A DNA stretch of 64,000 nt from Rhizobium sp. Q54 (GCA_945861895.1 CAMAWF010000003.1:32798-96797); one strand, 5' to 3'. Positions 33,712 through 45,059 are shown, numbered from the stretch's first letter. Made by a program: numbers and translations. The notes: generated from the sequence alone by a model not told the origin.

Positions 33712-34863
33712 TTATGACGTCGCCAGATGAACGATGTCATTAAAGGTTGCAAAAATCATCAACATGACAACGATTGCCAGACCAATTCGGAAGCCCATCT
33801 CCTGGGCGCGTTCCGAGAGGGGGCGGCCGCGGATGGCCTCGATGGCATAGAACAAAAGGTGACCGCCATCGAGCAGCGGGATCGGAAACAGGTTCAGCAG
33901 GCCGATGGAAACCGAAAGCACCGCCGCCAGATGCATGAGCGCGACGAAGCCCGCAGTGGCGACTTGGCCCGATACCTGGGCAATGCGGATCGGCCCACCG
34001 AGCTGATCGGCGGATTCGCGGCCCGCGAATATACCGACGATATAGGACATCGTGCGGTCGACCACGAACCAGCTTTCTTCAACGCCCATTGCCAGCGCAT
34101 CAAGCGGGCCGACCGTTTGGGTCTTCACGTCTCCAGGCGCCATCGAGCGGCTGATCCCCAGCACGCCCAGCCGGTGCACGTTTCCGAAATTGTCCTTGAT
34201 CTCCTTGAGCGTAGGGATCGCCTTAAGTCTCTGGATCACCCCACCGCGATCGACCTCGACCGTGATGGTCTGGCCGGCATTGACGCTGACGATGCGTTGC
34301 ATATCGGCGAAGCTATCGACCTTGCGGCCGTCGATGGCGAGAACCAGATCGCCCAGCTTGAAGCCGGCAATAGCGGCCGCGCTATCGGCTGCAATCGTAT
34401 CCACGCGGGCGCTGGTGCTTTGTTTGCCGTAGATCATGAAGATCCCGGCAAAAATCACGATCGCCAAAAGGAAATTCGCGATCGGGCCCGCCGCCACCAC
34501 GGCCGCCCTGGAACCCACCGGCTGATGGAAGAAGCTGTCCTTTTTTTCAGTCGCGCTCATGCTCTCGATGGCGGACTGATCGGGGACGCTTGCCGCGTTG
34601 TCGTCGCCAAAAAATTTGACATACCCGCCAAGCGGAATGGCGGCGAGTTTCCAGCGCGTCCCGTGGCGGTCATTGAACCCGGCAATTTCGGGTCCAAATC
34701 CGATGGAGAACACCAGCACCTTGATGCCGCACCAGCGTGCCACCAGGAAATGGCCGAGTTCATGAAAGAACACGACGATGGTGAGAACGAACAGAAACGG
34801 CAACACATAGCCCACAATGCCGCCGCCGAAGGCGCTAAGCCCCCCCATGATGTCAAAACTCAT
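33712..34863 (-). CDS. rseP: RIP metalloprotease RseP
   Basis: HELGH, PDZ domain and NLFPIPLLDGG motifs. Confidence 0.98.
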   Translation of the reverse strand: MSFDIMGGLSAFGGGIVGYVLPFLFVLTIVVFFHELGHFLVARWCGIKVLVFSIGFGPEIAGFNDRHGTRWKLAAIPLGGYVKFFGDDNAASVPDQSAIESMSATEKKDSFFHQPVGSRAAVVAAGPIANFLLAIVIFAGIFMIYGKQSTSARVDTIAADSAAAIAGFKLGDLVLAIDGRKVDSFADMQRIVSVNAGQTITVEVDRGGVIQRLKAIPTLKEIKDNFGNVHRLGVLGISRSMAPGDVKTQTVGPLDALAMGVEESWFVVDRTMSYIVGIFAGRESADQLGGPIRIAQVSGQVATAGFVALMHLAAVLSVSIGLLNLFPIPLLDGGHLLFYAIEAIRGRPLSERAQEMGFRIGLAIVVMLMIFATFNDIVHLATS

Positions 34864-34912
34864 TGTACCCCTCGTGCCGCCGCTATCCGGCGCCTGTCCA
34901 TAACTCGACCCT

Positions 34913-36139
34913 CTAGGATGCCTTTGCGGCTATTTCGGGCAAGAGGTCCAGGGCCAAAGATCTCGCAACATGGTCAACGCCGAGCGCCGCCTCGACGCTG
35001 GCGGGTTCCGCCATCAGGCCGCGCTGCGCGGCTGCCGCCAGCGTCGCCTCCACCAGAGACGCAATTGCCGGAAAACCGATGCGTCCGGCGATAAATTCGG
35101 CCACCGCAACCTCATCGGCCGCGTTGAGGATGGTGGGCGCCGCCCCGCCTGCCTCCAGCGCGGAGCGCGCCAGCGCCAGGGCCGGAAAGCGGACCAGATC
35201 GGCCTGTTCGAACGTGAGCGTCGCAATGCGTGCAAGATCGAGCCGCGGCGACGGGCCGGCAATGCGCTGCGGCCATGCCAGGCAGTGCGCGATGGGAATG
35301 CGCATGTCGGGCGCGCCGAGCTGGGCCACCACCGAGCCGTCGCGGAACTCAACCAGCCCGTGAACGACGGACTGCGGGTGCACCAGCACATCGATCTCTT
35401 GGCTCTTGAGCGCAAACAGATGATGCGCCTCGATCAATTCCAGGCCCTTGTTCATCAAGGTCGCGGAATCGACCGTGACTTTTGGCCCCATCGACCAGTT
35501 CGGGTGTTGCAGCGCCTGCTGCGGCGTCGCCGCAGCGATTGCCTCGCGCGACCATTTCAGAAACGGACCGCCCGAGGCGGTGAGAATAATGCGTCTGACA
35601 TCCTCGCGGCGGCCGGCGCCCAAGGCCTGGAAAATCGCGTTGTGTTCGGAATCCACCGGCAGGATCGTAGCGCCGGTTGCCGCGGCGCGCCGCATGAACA
35701 GGGCGCCGGCGCACACCAGGCATTCTTTGTTGGCGAGTGCGACCGTGGCACCGCGCTCGATTGCGGCAAGCGTGGGCTTAAGTCCCACCGAACCGCTGAT
35801 GGCCGCCATCACCCAGTCGGCAGGCCGCTCGGCGGCTTCGATCACGGCGTCTTCGCCGGCCGCCGCCTCGATGCCGGAGCCCGCAAGAGCGTCCTTGAGT
35901 TCGCGATAGGCGTTCGGGTCGGCAATGACGGCGTAACGCGCGTCCAGCTCGCGGGCGAGCCGCGCAAGTGCCGTGGCGTTGCGGCGGGCGCTCAGGGCAA
36001 CGACGCGGAAGCGCGCGCGTTCGCGCTTGAGCAGATCGACGGTGCTGGCGCCAATCGAACCGGTGGCGCCAAGGATCGTCACCGTGCGCTCAGTGGACGA
36101 AGCCACGGCCTGCGGGCGGGCGAGCGGTTTTACGTTCAT
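34913..36139 (-). CDS. dxr: 1-deoxy-D-xylulose-5-phosphate reductoisomerase
   Basis: [26 protein letters not shown] and NKGLE motifs. Confidence 0.98.
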   Translation of the reverse strand: MNVKPLARPQAVASSTERTVTILGATGSIGASTVDLLKRERARFRVVALSARRNATALARLARELDARYAVIADPNAYRELKDALAGSGIEAAAGEDAVIEAAERPADWVMAAISGSVGLKPTLAAIERGATVALANKECLVCAGALFMRRAAATGATILPVDSEHNAIFQALGAGRREDVRRIILTASGGPFLKWSREAIAAATPQQALQHPNWSMGPKVTVDSATLMNKGLELIEAHHLFALKSQEIDVLVHPQSVVHGLVEFRDGSVVAQLGAPDMRIPIAHCLAWPQRIAGPSPRLDLARIATLTFEQADLVRFPALALARSALEAGGAAPTILNAADEVAVAEFIAGRIGFPAIASLVEATLAAAAQRGLMAEPASVEAALGVDHVARSLALDLLPEIAAKAS

Positions 36140-36143
36140 CGCC

Positions 36144-36983
36144 TCACCATACCATCAAGCCGCGCCCGGACGCTTCCAGGCCGCCACGCGCATATCCGAT
36201 CAGCGCAGCGGCGACCGCGGCCGCCCAAAATCCGTCAAGACGGTCCATCACACCGCCATGTCCGGGAATGAGATGGCCCGCATCTTTGGCGTCGAAGCGG
36301 CGTTTGATCGCGGATTCCAACAGGTCTCCGCCTTGCGACACGATGGATAACACCAGCACAACGAGAACGATCCCGCCAAGGCCCGCGACCCCCCCAAGAC
36401 CCGCCTGGATCGCGACGACGACGCCTACGGTCGCCGCGCCAAGCGTGCCGGCGATCGCCCCGGACCAGGTTTTCTTCGGGCTTATGGCAGGCGCAAGTTT
36501 CGGCCCGCCGATCATGCGGCCGGCGAAATAGCCGAAGACATCGGTCGCCCAGACGATCAAAAACAGAAACACCATTGCGAGAAATCCGAAATCGGAATCG
36601 GCGCGCAGCACGACCGGCGCCATCAGCATCGCGCCTGCATAGACGACACCGCCGCCGGTCCAGAGACGTTTATCGGATTGCACGAATATCGCAGCCGCGA
36701 CGGCGCCGCACACGACAATAAGTATCGCGGCGGCAGGCCGGCCACGCTGCAATATCAGTGTGGCGACAGCGAGCGCGACCGCTCCAACAAGAAACGCCGT
36801 CCGGTTGTTGGGGCCGCTCACCAGCGCCGTCCACTCCCACAGGATCGCGAGCGCGGCGATGGCCCAGAACAGCGCAAACACCCAGCCGCCGAAATAGGCG
36901 GCGGCGATAGCGACCGGCGCCATCACCAGCGACGATACGATCCGAAGCGTGAGATTGCTGGGTGGTGGGGATTCCACGGGCAC
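36144..36983 (-). CDS. cdsA: Phosphatidate cytidylyltransferase
   Basis: [26 protein letters not shown] and [16 protein letters not shown] motifs. GTG start 36983 (or 36977). Confidence 0.96.
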   Translation of the reverse strand: MPVESPPPSNLTLRIVSSLVMAPVAIAAAYFGGWVFALFWAIAALAILWEWTALVSGPNNRTAFLVGAVALAVATLILQRGRPAAAILIVVCGAVAAAIFVQSDKRLWTGGGVVYAGAMLMAPVVLRADSDFGFLAMVFLFLIVWATDVFGYFAGRMIGGPKLAPAISPKKTWSGAIAGTLGAATVGVVVAIQAGLGGVAGLGGIVLVVLVLSIVSQGGDLLESAIKRRFDAKDAGHLIPGHGGVMDRLDGFWAAAVAAALIGYARGGLEASGRGLMVW

Positions 36984-36987
36984 GGGA

Positions 36988-37740
36988 TCAGGACCCGGTC
37001 CGCGCAACCAGCCCGCCGAAACGACGTTCGCGCCGGTGATATTCCGAGATCGCGCTCTCGAGCGCGGCGCGGTCGAAGTCCGGCCAATAGGTCGGAACAA
37101 ACACCAATTCGCTATAGGCCGATTGCCAGAGCAGGAAATTGGACAGCCGCTGCTCGCCGCTGGTGCGCACGATAAGATCGGGATCGGGCAGATCGGTCGT
37201 GTCGAGGAAGCCGGCAAGTTTCTCGACCGACACATCCGCCGCCGCGAGCCGGCCTTCCGCAACTTCCGTGGCGATACGGCGGGCGGCGCGGGCGATCTCC
37301 TGGCGCGCGCCGTAATTGAAAGCGACAACCAGCGTCACTCCGTCGTTGGCGCGCGTGAGCTCTTCCGCTTCGGCGATCAGCCGGCCGATATCGGGGTCGA
37401 GACCCTCGCGCTCCCCGATAATGCGTATGCGGACGTTGTTGCCGTGGAGTTCGGCAAGGTCGTGGCGAATAAAGCGGCGCAGCAATCCCATCAATTCGCG
37501 AATTTCCGCCGCCGGCCGCGACCAGTTCTCCGCGCTGAAGGAAAAGATCGTGAGTACCTGGACACCGAGTTCGCCGGCTGCGCGCACCGTCCGCCGCAGC
37601 GCCTCGACGCCACGCCGGTGGCCCTCCCCGCGCGGCAAGCCGCGCGCCGCCGCCCAGCGTCCGTTGCCGTCCATGATGATGGCGACATGGCGCGGCGCGT
37701 CGAATTTCGGGACATCCGGCTCGGACATATGCGACCTCAA
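36988..37740 (-). CDS. uppS: Undecaprenyl diphosphate (isoprenyl) synthase
   Basis: [19 protein letters not shown] and [15 protein letters not shown] motifs. Start 37740 or 37728. Confidence 0.98.
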   Translation of the reverse strand: MRSHMSEPDVPKFDAPRHVAIIMDGNGRWAAARGLPRGEGHRRGVEALRRTVRAAGELGVQVLTIFSFSAENWSRPAAEIRELMGLLRRFIRHDLAELHGNNVRIRIIGEREGLDPDIGRLIAEAEELTRANDGVTLVVAFNYGARQEIARAARRIATEVAEGRLAAADVSVEKLAGFLDTTDLPDPDLIVRTSGEQRLSNFLLWQSAYSELVFVPTYWPDFDRAALESAISEYHRRERRFGGLVARTGS

Positions 37741-38300
37741 ATCGTGAGGATATCTCTTTCCTTTGCCGCCAGCGTGTGATCGATCTCGGAAATGGATTGA
37801 TCGGTCGCCTTCTGTATCTCGGAGGAAGAGCGGTCGTGATCGTCCTTGCTGATGGCGTGATCTTTTTCCAGCTTTTTCACCACATCGAGACCGTCGCGGC
37901 GGATATGGCGCACCGCAATGCGCGCGGTCTCGGCGTATTTGTGCCCGAGTTTGACCAGTTCCTTGCGGCGATCTTCATTCAGCTCAGGGATGCGCAGACG
38001 CAGCGTCTGCCCCTCGGTCGCCGGCGAAAGGCCCAGATTGGAATTGACGATTGCCTTCTCCACCGCGTGCACCAGCGACTTGTCCCACACATTGACGCTG
38101 ATGAGCCGCGGCTCCGGGACGGTCACGGTTGCAACCTGATTGAGCGGCATGTGCGAGCCGTAGGCTTCGACCATGACCGGATCGAGCAGATGCGGCGAGG
38201 CGCGGCCCGTGCGCAATCCCGAAAGCTCGGTCTTGAGCACGCTGAGAGCGCCCTGCATGCGCCGCTTGAGATCGGTGATGTCGTGCGTAGCAGCTGCCAT
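37737..38300 (-). CDS. frr: Ribosome recycling factor
   Basis: LRTGRASP and [12 protein letters not shown] motifs. Confidence 0.98.
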   Translation of the reverse strand: MAAATHDITDLKRRMQGALSVLKTELSGLRTGRASPHLLDPVMVEAYGSHMPLNQVATVTVPEPRLISVNVWDKSLVHAVEKAIVNSNLGLSPATEGQTLRLRIPELNEDRRKELVKLGHKYAETARIAVRHIRRDGLDVVKKLEKDHAISKDDHDRSSSEIQKATDQSISEIDHTLAAKERDILTI

Positions 38301-38382
38301 GGCGGGCGTCTCCCGAAAACGGCTTCGTCAGACCAATCAGGCGTGCCCTGCTTCGGCGTTCGAAGCGCCGGCACGCAATATT

Positions 38383-39099
38383 TCAACCCGCGACGGTGGT
38401 CGCGCGCCCTTTCCCGCGCAACACGGCCTCAATCGCTCCCGGCTCGCGGATCGAGAACACGATGATAGGGATACGGTTTTCGCGGGCAAGGGCAAAGGAA
38501 GTCGAATCCATCACCTTAAGATCGCGCTCGATGGCTTCCTGATGGGTCAGCCGGTCGAACCGCTTGGCTTTCGGGTCCTTTTTCGGGTCGGCGCTGTAGA
38601 CCCCATCCACATTGGTGGCTTTGAACACCGCCGCGGCGCCCAGCTCCGCCGCGCGCAACACCGCCGTCGTGTCGGTGGTAAAGAACGGATTGCCGGTGCC
38701 CGCCGCCAGGACGATGATGCGGCCCGCGCCGAGATGCTTTAACGCGCGCGCGCGCGTGTAGGTTTCGCACACCGCGGGCATCGCCAAAGCGGAGAGCGTG
38801 CGCGCGGATTTGCCGTGACGCTCGATGGCCGCTTCGAGCACCAGGCCGTTCATCACCGTGGCCAGCATCCCCATGTTGTCGCCAACCGGCCGCGACACGC
38901 CACGTTCGGAAACTTCCACGCCGCGAAAGATATTGCCGCCGCCGATCACGACGCCGAGTTCGGCGCCGAGCGCGGACGCCGCCACCAGATCGGCGGCGAT
39001 GCGATCGACCATCGGCTGATGAATACCGAATCCTTCCGGGCCGGTGAGCGCCTCGCCGGACACTTTAACGATAACGCGTCGGTAGATCGGATCACTCAT
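38383..39099 (-). CDS. pyrH: UMP kinase
   Basis: [15 protein letters not shown] and GNPFFTTDT motifs. Confidence 0.98.
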   Translation of the reverse strand: MSDPIYRRVIVKVSGEALTGPEGFGIHQPMVDRIAADLVAASALGAELGVVIGGGNIFRGVEVSERGVSRPVGDNMGMLATVMNGLVLEAAIERHGKSARTLSALAMPAVCETYTRARALKHLGAGRIIVLAAGTGNPFFTTDTTAVLRAAELGAAAVFKATNVDGVYSADPKKDPKAKRFDRLTHQEAIERDLKVMDSTSFALARENRIPIIVFSIREPGAIEAVLRGKGRATTVAG

Positions 39100-39153
39100 G
39101 CTTGCGATCCTCCGTTTGGATCGCCGCAGCCGAGCAGACCGGCGAACGACCGA

Positions 39154-40077
39154 TCAACCCTGACCGGCGGCAGCCGCCACCTCGGCGGCAAAATCGGATT
39201 CCTGTTTCTCGATGCCTTCGCCCAGCGCGTAACGCACGAAGCCGGTGAGCTTGACCGGCGCGCCGACCTTGCCTTCGGATTCCTTGAGCGCTTGCGCGAC
39301 ATTTTTTCCAGGATCGTGAATATAGGCTTGTTCAAGCAAGCAGACTTCCTTGTAGAAAGTCTTCAGCCCGGATTCGACGATCTTGTCGATCACATTGGCG
39401 GGCTTGCCTTGCGCCTTGAATTTGTCGGCCAGCACACCCTTCTCGCGCGCGACGGTTGCGGCATCGAGACCGGCGGCGTCAAGCGCCTGCGGGCTGGCGG
39501 CGGCGACGTGCATCGCGACCATGCGGCCGAGCGCAACCAACTCATCGGCCTTGCCGGCGGATTCAAGCGCGACAATGACGCCGATCTTGCCGAGACCGTC
39601 GGTGACGGAATTGTGCACGTAGCTCGCGATTGCGCCCTTGCCGACCGAGAGCGTGGCGGCGCGGCGCAGCGTCATGTTCTCGCCGATCTTGGCGATGGTG
39701 TCGGCAATGGCCGCAGCGACGGTGATGGAACCCACCTTCGCGGCCTTGATTTTTTCCACGTCGGTGCCGGCGTCGAGCGCGACCTGCGCGGTCATTTTCA
39801 CCAAACCCTGGAACAGATCGTTGCGCGCAACGAAATCGGTTTCCGAATTGACCTCGACGACGACGCCTTTGGTCGCTTTCACCACCACGCCGATCAAACC
39901 TTCGGCGGCGATGCGGCCGGCTTTTTTGGCGGCCTTGGAAAGTCCCTTCTTGCGCAGCCAGTCGACGGCGGCGTCGATCTCGCCGTTGGTTTCGGTGAGC
40001 GCCGTTTTGCAATCCATCATGCCGGCGCCGGTCTTCTCGCGCAGCTCCTTGACCATTGCCGAGGTGATTGTCGCCAT
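39154..40077 (-). CDS. tsf: Elongation factor Ts
   Basis: [13 protein letters not shown] and [10 protein letters not shown] motifs. Confidence 0.99.
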   Translation of the reverse strand: MATITSAMVKELREKTGAGMMDCKTALTETNGEIDAAVDWLRKKGLSKAAKKAGRIAAEGLIGVVVKATKGVVVEVNSETDFVARNDLFQGLVKMTAQVALDAGTDVEKIKAAKVGSITVAAAIADTIAKIGENMTLRRAATLSVGKGAIASYVHNSVTDGLGKIGVIVALESAGKADELVALGRMVAMHVAAASPQALDAAGLDAATVAREKGVLADKFKAQGKPANVIDKIVESGLKTFYKEVCLLEQAYIHDPGKNVAQALKESEGKVGAPVKLTGFVRYALGEGIEKQESDFAAEVAAAAGQG

Positions 40078-40129
40078 CGTTTTATCCTTGCGCGTGAAGC
40101 GTGCGGCGCGGACCCGAGCGCCGTTCAGT

Positions 40130-41128
40130 TCACTCGGCAGTCAGTTCCTTGGCCTGCGCGACCCAGCCATCGACGCGGCCGGGTAGACCGACTTCCTCGC
40201 CGATATTGTGGGCGGCGGTGCCGTTGAGTTCGGCGATCTGCCAGAAATGAAAGATGCCCAGATCGTTGAGCTGCTTTTCGATCGCCGGCGAGACGCCGGT
40301 GAGCTTCTTGAGATCGTCGGAAACTCCGCGCGGCCCGGACAAAGGCTCGAAGCCCAAGGTGGCGGTCACGGGCGCGGCCGGCACATCCTGGACGATCGGT
40401 TTTTCGGCCGCACCGATGTCGCGCCCCATCTCGCCTTGCGCGCGGGAAATGCCGTCGATCGCAGCCTTGGCCGCGAGATCGCAGTACAGCACCAGCGCGC
40501 GGCTGGCATCGTCGTTGCCGGGAACCACATAGGTGATGCCGGCCGGATCGCAATTGGTGTCGACGATGGCCGCGACCGGGATGCCGAGACGCCGCGCCTC
40601 TTTGATCGCGATGTCTTCCTTGTTGGTGTCGATCACGAACAGCAAATCGGGCACGCCGCCCATGTCCTTGATGCCGCCGAGCGAGCGGTCGAGCCTGTTG
40701 CGCTCGCGCTGCATCGTGAGGCGTTCTTTTTTCGTGTAGCCGCCGGCATCGCCGGCGCTGAGCATTTCATCCAGCTTGCGCAGGCGAGAAATCGAGCCTG
40801 AAATCGTCTTCCAGTTCGTCAAGGTGCCGCCGAGCCAGCGCGAATTGACGTAATATTGCGCGCAGCGCTTGGCGGCGTCGGCGATGGCGTCCTGCGCCTG
40901 GCGTTTGGTGCCGACGAACAGGATGCGTCCGCCCTTGGCGACCGTGTCGCTCACCGCCTGCAACGCGCGGTGGAGCATCGGCACGGTCTGCGCAAGATCG
41001 ACGATATGGATGTTGTTGCGGGTGCCGAAGATGAATTCGCCCATCTTCGGGTTCCAACGGTGGGCCTGATGGCCAAAATGCACGCCAGCTTCGAGCAGCT
41101 GGCGCATGCTGTAGTCGGGCAGCGCCAT
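40130..41128 (-). CDS. rpsB: 30S ribosomal protein S2 with C-terminal HhH-like extension
   Basis: [18 protein letters not shown] and PGNDD motifs; the tail reads [29 protein letters not shown]. Confidence 0.99.
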   Translation of the reverse strand: MALPDYSMRQLLEAGVHFGHQAHRWNPKMGEFIFGTRNNIHIVDLAQTVPMLHRALQAVSDTVAKGGRILFVGTKRQAQDAIADAAKRCAQYYVNSRWLGGTLTNWKTISGSISRLRKLDEMLSAGDAGGYTKKERLTMQRERNRLDRSLGGIKDMGGVPDLLFVIDTNKEDIAIKEARRLGIPVAAIVDTNCDPAGITYVVPGNDDASRALVLYCDLAAKAAIDGISRAQGEMGRDIGAAEKPIVQDVPAAPVTATLGFEPLSGPRGVSDDLKKLTGVSPAIEKQLNDLGIFHFWQIAELNGTAAHNIGEEVGLPGRVDGWVAQAKELTAE

Positions 41129-41272
41129 TCATGTTCTCCGGTTGATCCGCCGCGGACGTGTGGGCCCCGCGTGGGGCCACCGGACGGCCTTATTGACCCA
41201 TTGTCGGGGCCTAAAGCCAACGATCCGCGTGTGAGTTGGCGTGCGTATAGCGGGGTGCCGCGCCCGGCGCAA
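41129..41272 (-). promoter_or_regulatory. rpsB promoter and structured 5' leader (candidate S2 autoregulatory RNA)
   Basis: On the minus strand, TTGCGC (41272-41267)-N17-TATACG (41249-41244). The leader begins ACUCACACGCGGA, whose CGCGGA can pair with UCCGCG just before CAACCGGAG (RBS), with an internal GGCCCC/GGGGCC hairpin at 41163-41178. Confidence 0.65.
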
Positions 41273-41306
41273 GCGAAGCGCGCGTAAGGGGCGGTTTTTC
41301 GCCCGA

Positions 41307-44300
41307 TTAAACCGCCTGCACCTCGACCACGCCCGGCACCGCCTTGATGGCGCCGGCAATCTGCGGGGAGACCTTGAAACGGCCGGGCAGCTTTACCTCC
41401 GCTTCGCCGCCATCCGCCAGTTGCAGGACGAAGGTGACTTCGCCCTCGCCGCGCGGCTCCAGCCGCTTGCGGATGCTCTCAAGCGGCGCGTCGCTCTTGA
41501 GATGGATGCGCAGATTGGCCTGCATCTTTTCCGCCGCCTGATCGAGCGGCTCGACCGACTGGATGCGCGCGCGCACCTCCTCGCCCTGCACTTCGGCGGA
41601 CAGAAACAGCAGCACCGCCGCACCCGGTTCCAGCATGTCGCGGTACTCGGCCAGCCCTTCGGAGAAAATCACCGCCTCATAATGGCCGGTCGGGTCGGAT
41701 AGCCCGATGATGCCCATCTTGTTGCCGGTCTTGGTGCGCCGCTCGGTGCGCGCGATCACGGTGCCGGCAACGCGGCCGGCGGTGGCGCCGGCCTTCACCG
41801 CGCCGGAGAACTCGGCCCAGGACTGCACCCGCAGCCGCTTAAGAGTAGCAGCGTAATCGTCGAGCGGATGGCCGGTGAGGAAAAATCCGATGGCGTCGTA
41901 TTCGTGCTTGAGCCGCGCGGCGGCAAGCCATGGCTCGATCGAAGCAAGCGGCAGCGGCTCGCGCACCGCGCCGCCGCCGAACAACTCGCTCTGTCCCATG
42001 GCGGCAGTGTCGTGCGCGCGTTGCGCGCGGCCGAGCATGACATCGACGGCGCCGAATACGCGCGCTCGGTTCGGCTCAAATTCATCGAATGCCCCGGCCG
42101 CGGCGAGACTCTCCAAGACCCGTTTGTTGACGGCGCGCGGATTGATGCGGGTGGCGAAATCGGCCAAATCGACGAATTTTTTTTCGGCGCGCGCGGCTAC
42201 GATCGACTCCACCGCCTGCGCCCCGACGCCTTTGAGCGCGGCGAGCGCATACAGGATGGTGCTGCCATCGACCTCGAAGGCCGCGCCCGAGCGGTTGACC
42301 GAGGGCGGATCGAGACGAATGCCGAGGCGTTCAACTTCGGCGCGGAACTCCGCCAGCTTGTCGGTATTGCCCATGTCGAGCGTCATGGTCGCCGCGAGGA
42401 ACTCAACCGGGTAGTTCGCCTTCATATAGGCGGTCTGATAGGCGACGAGCGCGTAGGCGGCGGCATGACTTTTGTTGAAGCCATATTCGGCGAAGCGTTC
42501 CAACAAATCGAAAATCGCATCGGCTTGCGCACGCTCAATGCCACGCTCGATCGCGCCGTTGACGAACTCTTTGCGCTGCGCCTGCATCTCCTTGCGGATT
42601 TTCTTGCCCATGGCGCGGCGCAGCAGGTCGGCCTGGCCGAGCGTGAAGCCCGCCAATATCTGCGCGGCCTGCATCACCTGTTCCTGATAGACGATGACGC
42701 CGAATGTCTCGCGCAGGATCGGTTCCAGCTTGGGATGGATGTAGTCCGGCGGCTCCATGCCGTGCTTGCGTGCGCAATAGGTCGGGATATTGGCCATCGG
42801 ACCCGGCCGGTAGAGCGCGACGAGAGCGATGATGTCCTCGAAGCGGTCCGGGCGCATGTCGAGCAGCGCGCGCCGCATGCCCTGACTTTCCAGTTGGAAG
42901 ATGCCGACCGCTTCTGCGCGCGCCAGCAAGTCGTAAGTCGACTTGTCGTCGAGCGGTATCTCGGCGAGATCGAGTTCGATCCCGCGCCGGCGCAACAGAA
43001 CTACCGCCCGCTCCAGCACCGTGAGCGTCTTGAGGCCGAGGAAATCGAACTTCACCAGGCCCGCCTGCTCGACCCATTTCATGTTGAACTGGGTCACCGG
43101 CATGTCGGATTTGGGATCGCGGTAGAGCGGTACCAGCTCGATCAGCGGCCGGTCGCCGATCACGATGCCGGCGGCGTGGGTGGAAGCGTGGCGGGTGAGA
43201 CCTTCCAATTTTTTGGCGATGTCGAAGGCGCGCTTGACCACCGGATCGCGGTCGCGCTCGGCCTGCAAGCGCGGCTCGTCGTCGATCGCGCGCGTCAGCG
43301 TCACCGGATTGGTGGGGTTCTGCGGCACCATCTTGCACAGCTTGTCGACCTGGCCGTAGGGCATTTGCAGCACGCGGCCGACATCGCGCAGCACGCCGCG
43401 CGCCTGCAACGTGCCGAAGGTGATGATCTGCGCCACCTGATCGCGCCCGTAGCGCTCCTGCACATAGCGGATGACCTCGTCGCGCCGCTCCTGGCAGAAG
43501 TCGATGTCGAAATCCGGCATCGACACGCGTTCGGGATTGAGAAAACGTTCGAACAAAAGCCCGAAGCGCATCGGGTCGAGATCGGTGATGGTGAGCGCAT
43601 AGGAGACGAGCGAGCCGGCGCCGGAGCCGCGGCCGGGACCGACCGGAATGCCTTGCGCCTTCGCCCACTGGATGAAGTCGGCGACGATGAGAAAATAACC
43701 GGGATATTTCATGCCTTCGATCACGCCGAGTTCGAAGGCAAGCCGCTCCTGATAGTCCTGCGGCGTCAGGCCAGGTGCCGTGCCGTGCGCGGCGAGCCGG
43801 CGCTCGAGTCCGGCGTTCGCGCGCGTGCGCAGTTCCGCCCCTTCATCGACCGCAGCCTTGCCCTCGCCGACGGAAAAACGCGGCAGAATGGGTTCATGTG
43901 TGAGCGGCCGGAACGTGCAGCGCGTCGCGATTTCCACCGTCGAGGCCAGCGCCTCCGGCAGATCGGCGAATAACGTGGCCATCTCGGCGCGCGACTTGAA
44001 ACGGTGCTCGGGGGTCAACTGGCGGCGATCAGATTCCGCCAACAGGCGTCCTTCGGCAATGCAGATGAGCGCGTCGTGGGCTTCGTAGTCCTCGCGCTGC
44101 GCAAAAAACGGCTCGTTGCTGGCGACCAGCGGGATGCCGTTGCCATAGGCGAGATCGAGCAGCACCGGCTCGACCGCGCGCCGCGCGCCGCCGCCGTGGC
44201 GTTGCAACTCGATATAAAGCCGGTCCCCGAACAGCCGCAGCAGCGTCGCACACCGCGCGGTGGCGAGATGGCTTTGCCCGGCCAGCACCGCCATGTCGAG

Positions 44301-44747
44301 CGGGCCGCCCGGTCCGCCGGTGAGCGCGATGATGCCTTCGGTTTCACCCGTCAGCCAATCGAGTTTGAGATGCGGCGGTTCGTTGGACGGAGTTTCCAGG
44401 AAGGCGCGCGAGTTGAGCCGCATCAGACTGCGATAGCCGGCCTCGCGCGCGGCAAGCAGCACAACGCGCGGATAGACGATGCTGGTTGCACGCTGATCCT
44501 GGTCGGCGAAATCGACCGCAAGCGCGCAGCCGACGATCGGCTGAATGCCGGAGGACGCCATCTTGTCGGAGAATTCCAGCGCACCGAACATGTTGTCGGT
44601 GTCGGTGAGCGCCAGCGCGGGCTGTCCGTCGGCTTTGGCAAGTTCCGCGAGCCGCGCAATGGTCAGCGCGCCTTCGAGCAGCGAATAGGACGAATGCACA
44701 TGCAGGTGAACGAAGTTCAGCGGCACGATAGCGGGATCGGCGGCCAC
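41307..44747 (-). CDS. dnaE: DNA polymerase III subunit alpha
   Basis: HLHVHSSYS PHP domain, GPGRGSGAGS, PDFDIDF, KFDFLGL and YGFNKSHA motifs. GTG 44747 follows a GAGG RBS. No intein visible. Confidence 0.99.
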   Translation of the reverse strand: MAADPAIVPLNFVHLHVHSSYSLLEGALTIARLAELAKADGQPALALTDTDNMFGALEFSDKMASSGIQPIVGCALAVDFADQDQRATSIVYPRVVLLAAREAGYRSLMRLNSRAFLETPSNEPPHLKLDWLTGETEGIIALTGGPGGPLDMAVLAGQSHLATARCATLLRLFGDRLYIELQRHGGGARRAVEPVLLDLAYGNGIPLVASNEPFFAQREDYEAHDALICIAEGRLLAESDRRQLTPEHRFKSRAEMATLFADLPEALASTVEIATRCTFRPLTHEPILPRFSVGEGKAAVDEGAELRTRANAGLERRLAAHGTAPGLTPQDYQERLAFELGVIEGMKYPGYFLIVADFIQWAKAQGIPVGPGRGSGAGSLVSYALTITDLDPMRFGLLFERFLNPERVSMPDFDIDFCQERRDEVIRYVQERYGRDQVAQIITFGTLQARGVLRDVGRVLQMPYGQVDKLCKMVPQNPTNPVTLTRAIDDEPRLQAERDRDPVVKRAFDIAKKLEGLTRHASTHAAGIVIGDRPLIELVPLYRDPKSDMPVTQFNMKWVEQAGLVKFDFLGLKTLTVLERAVVLLRRRGIELDLAEIPLDDKSTYDLLARAEAVGIFQLESQGMRRALLDMRPDRFEDIIALVALYRPGPMANIPTYCARKHGMEPPDYIHPKLEPILRETFGVIVYQEQVMQAAQILAGFTLGQADLLRRAMGKKIRKEMQAQRKEFVNGAIERGIERAQADAIFDLLERFAEYGFNKSHAAAYALVAYQTAYMKANYPVEFLAATMTLDMGNTDKLAEFRAEVERLGIRLDPPSVNRSGAAFEVDGSTILYALAALKGVGAQAVESIVAARAEKKFVDLADFATRINPRAVNKRVLESLAAAGAFDEFEPNRARVFGAVDVMLGRAQRAHDTAAMGQSELFGGGAVREPLPLASIEPWLAAARLKHEYDAIGFFLTGHPLDDYAATLKRLRVQSWAEFSGAVKAGATAGRVAGTVIARTERRTKTGNKMGIIGLSDPTGHYEAVIFSEGLAEYRDMLEPGAAVLLFLSAEVQGEEVRARIQSVEPLDQAAEKMQANLRIHLKSDAPLESIRKRLEPRGEGEVTFVLQLADGGEAEVKLPGRFKVSPQIAGAIKAVPGVVEVQAV

Positions 44748-44903
44748 AAGGTCCTCGCGAATCTGGATGCCGCGATGGTGCGGATCGCCCCGCCCGCTGT
44801 CCACCACCATCGGCCCGGGCGGGCCGGCTATGCCGGTTTTCCCCAGCCCGGGCCGTTGGCAGCGTGACGCGATTACAAGGGCGGCGGACGCTGACGCGGG
44901 CGG

Positions 44904-45002
44904 TCAAATGGCACTGATAACCTGCGCCCAGATCGCGATCATTCCGACAAACAACGCAAGCGACGTGAGAGCGGCAGCTTCTTGAACGACGGCGCGGATC
45001 AT
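44904..45002 (-). CDS. 32-aa single-TM small protein, SidA-like SOS cell-division inhibitor candidate (not in the ORF track)
   Basis: MIRAVVQEAAALTSLALFVGMIAIWAQVISAI*. AGGGAG RBS, LexA-covered promoter, and position directly upstream of dnaE. Confidence 0.8.
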   Translation of the reverse strand: MIRAVVQEAAALTSLALFVGMIAIWAQVISAI

Positions 45003-45018
45003 GAGAATCTCCCTTCAG

Positions 45019-45059
45019 GAACGAAGAGAGAACATAGTTCCCGTTACGTTCCAAGTCAA
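45019..45059 (-). promoter_or_regulatory. LexA-repressed sigma70 promoter with two perfect alpha-type SOS boxes
   Basis: On the + strand, GAAC-GAAGAGA-GAAC (45019-45033) and GTTC-CCGTTAC-GTTC (45037-45051). On the minus strand, TTGACT (45059-45054)-N17-TATGTT (45036-45031). Confidence 0.92.

Noticed and set aside
38743-38756. (CG)7 dinucleotide run in pyrH
   Set aside because: In frame (encodes part of TRARA) within an essential gene; no evidence for phase variation.
44797-44845. DnaA-box-like 9-mers upstream of dnaE (CTGTCCACC, TTTTCCCCA)
   Set aside because: Three and one mismatches to TTWTNCACA; too degenerate to call without conservation data.
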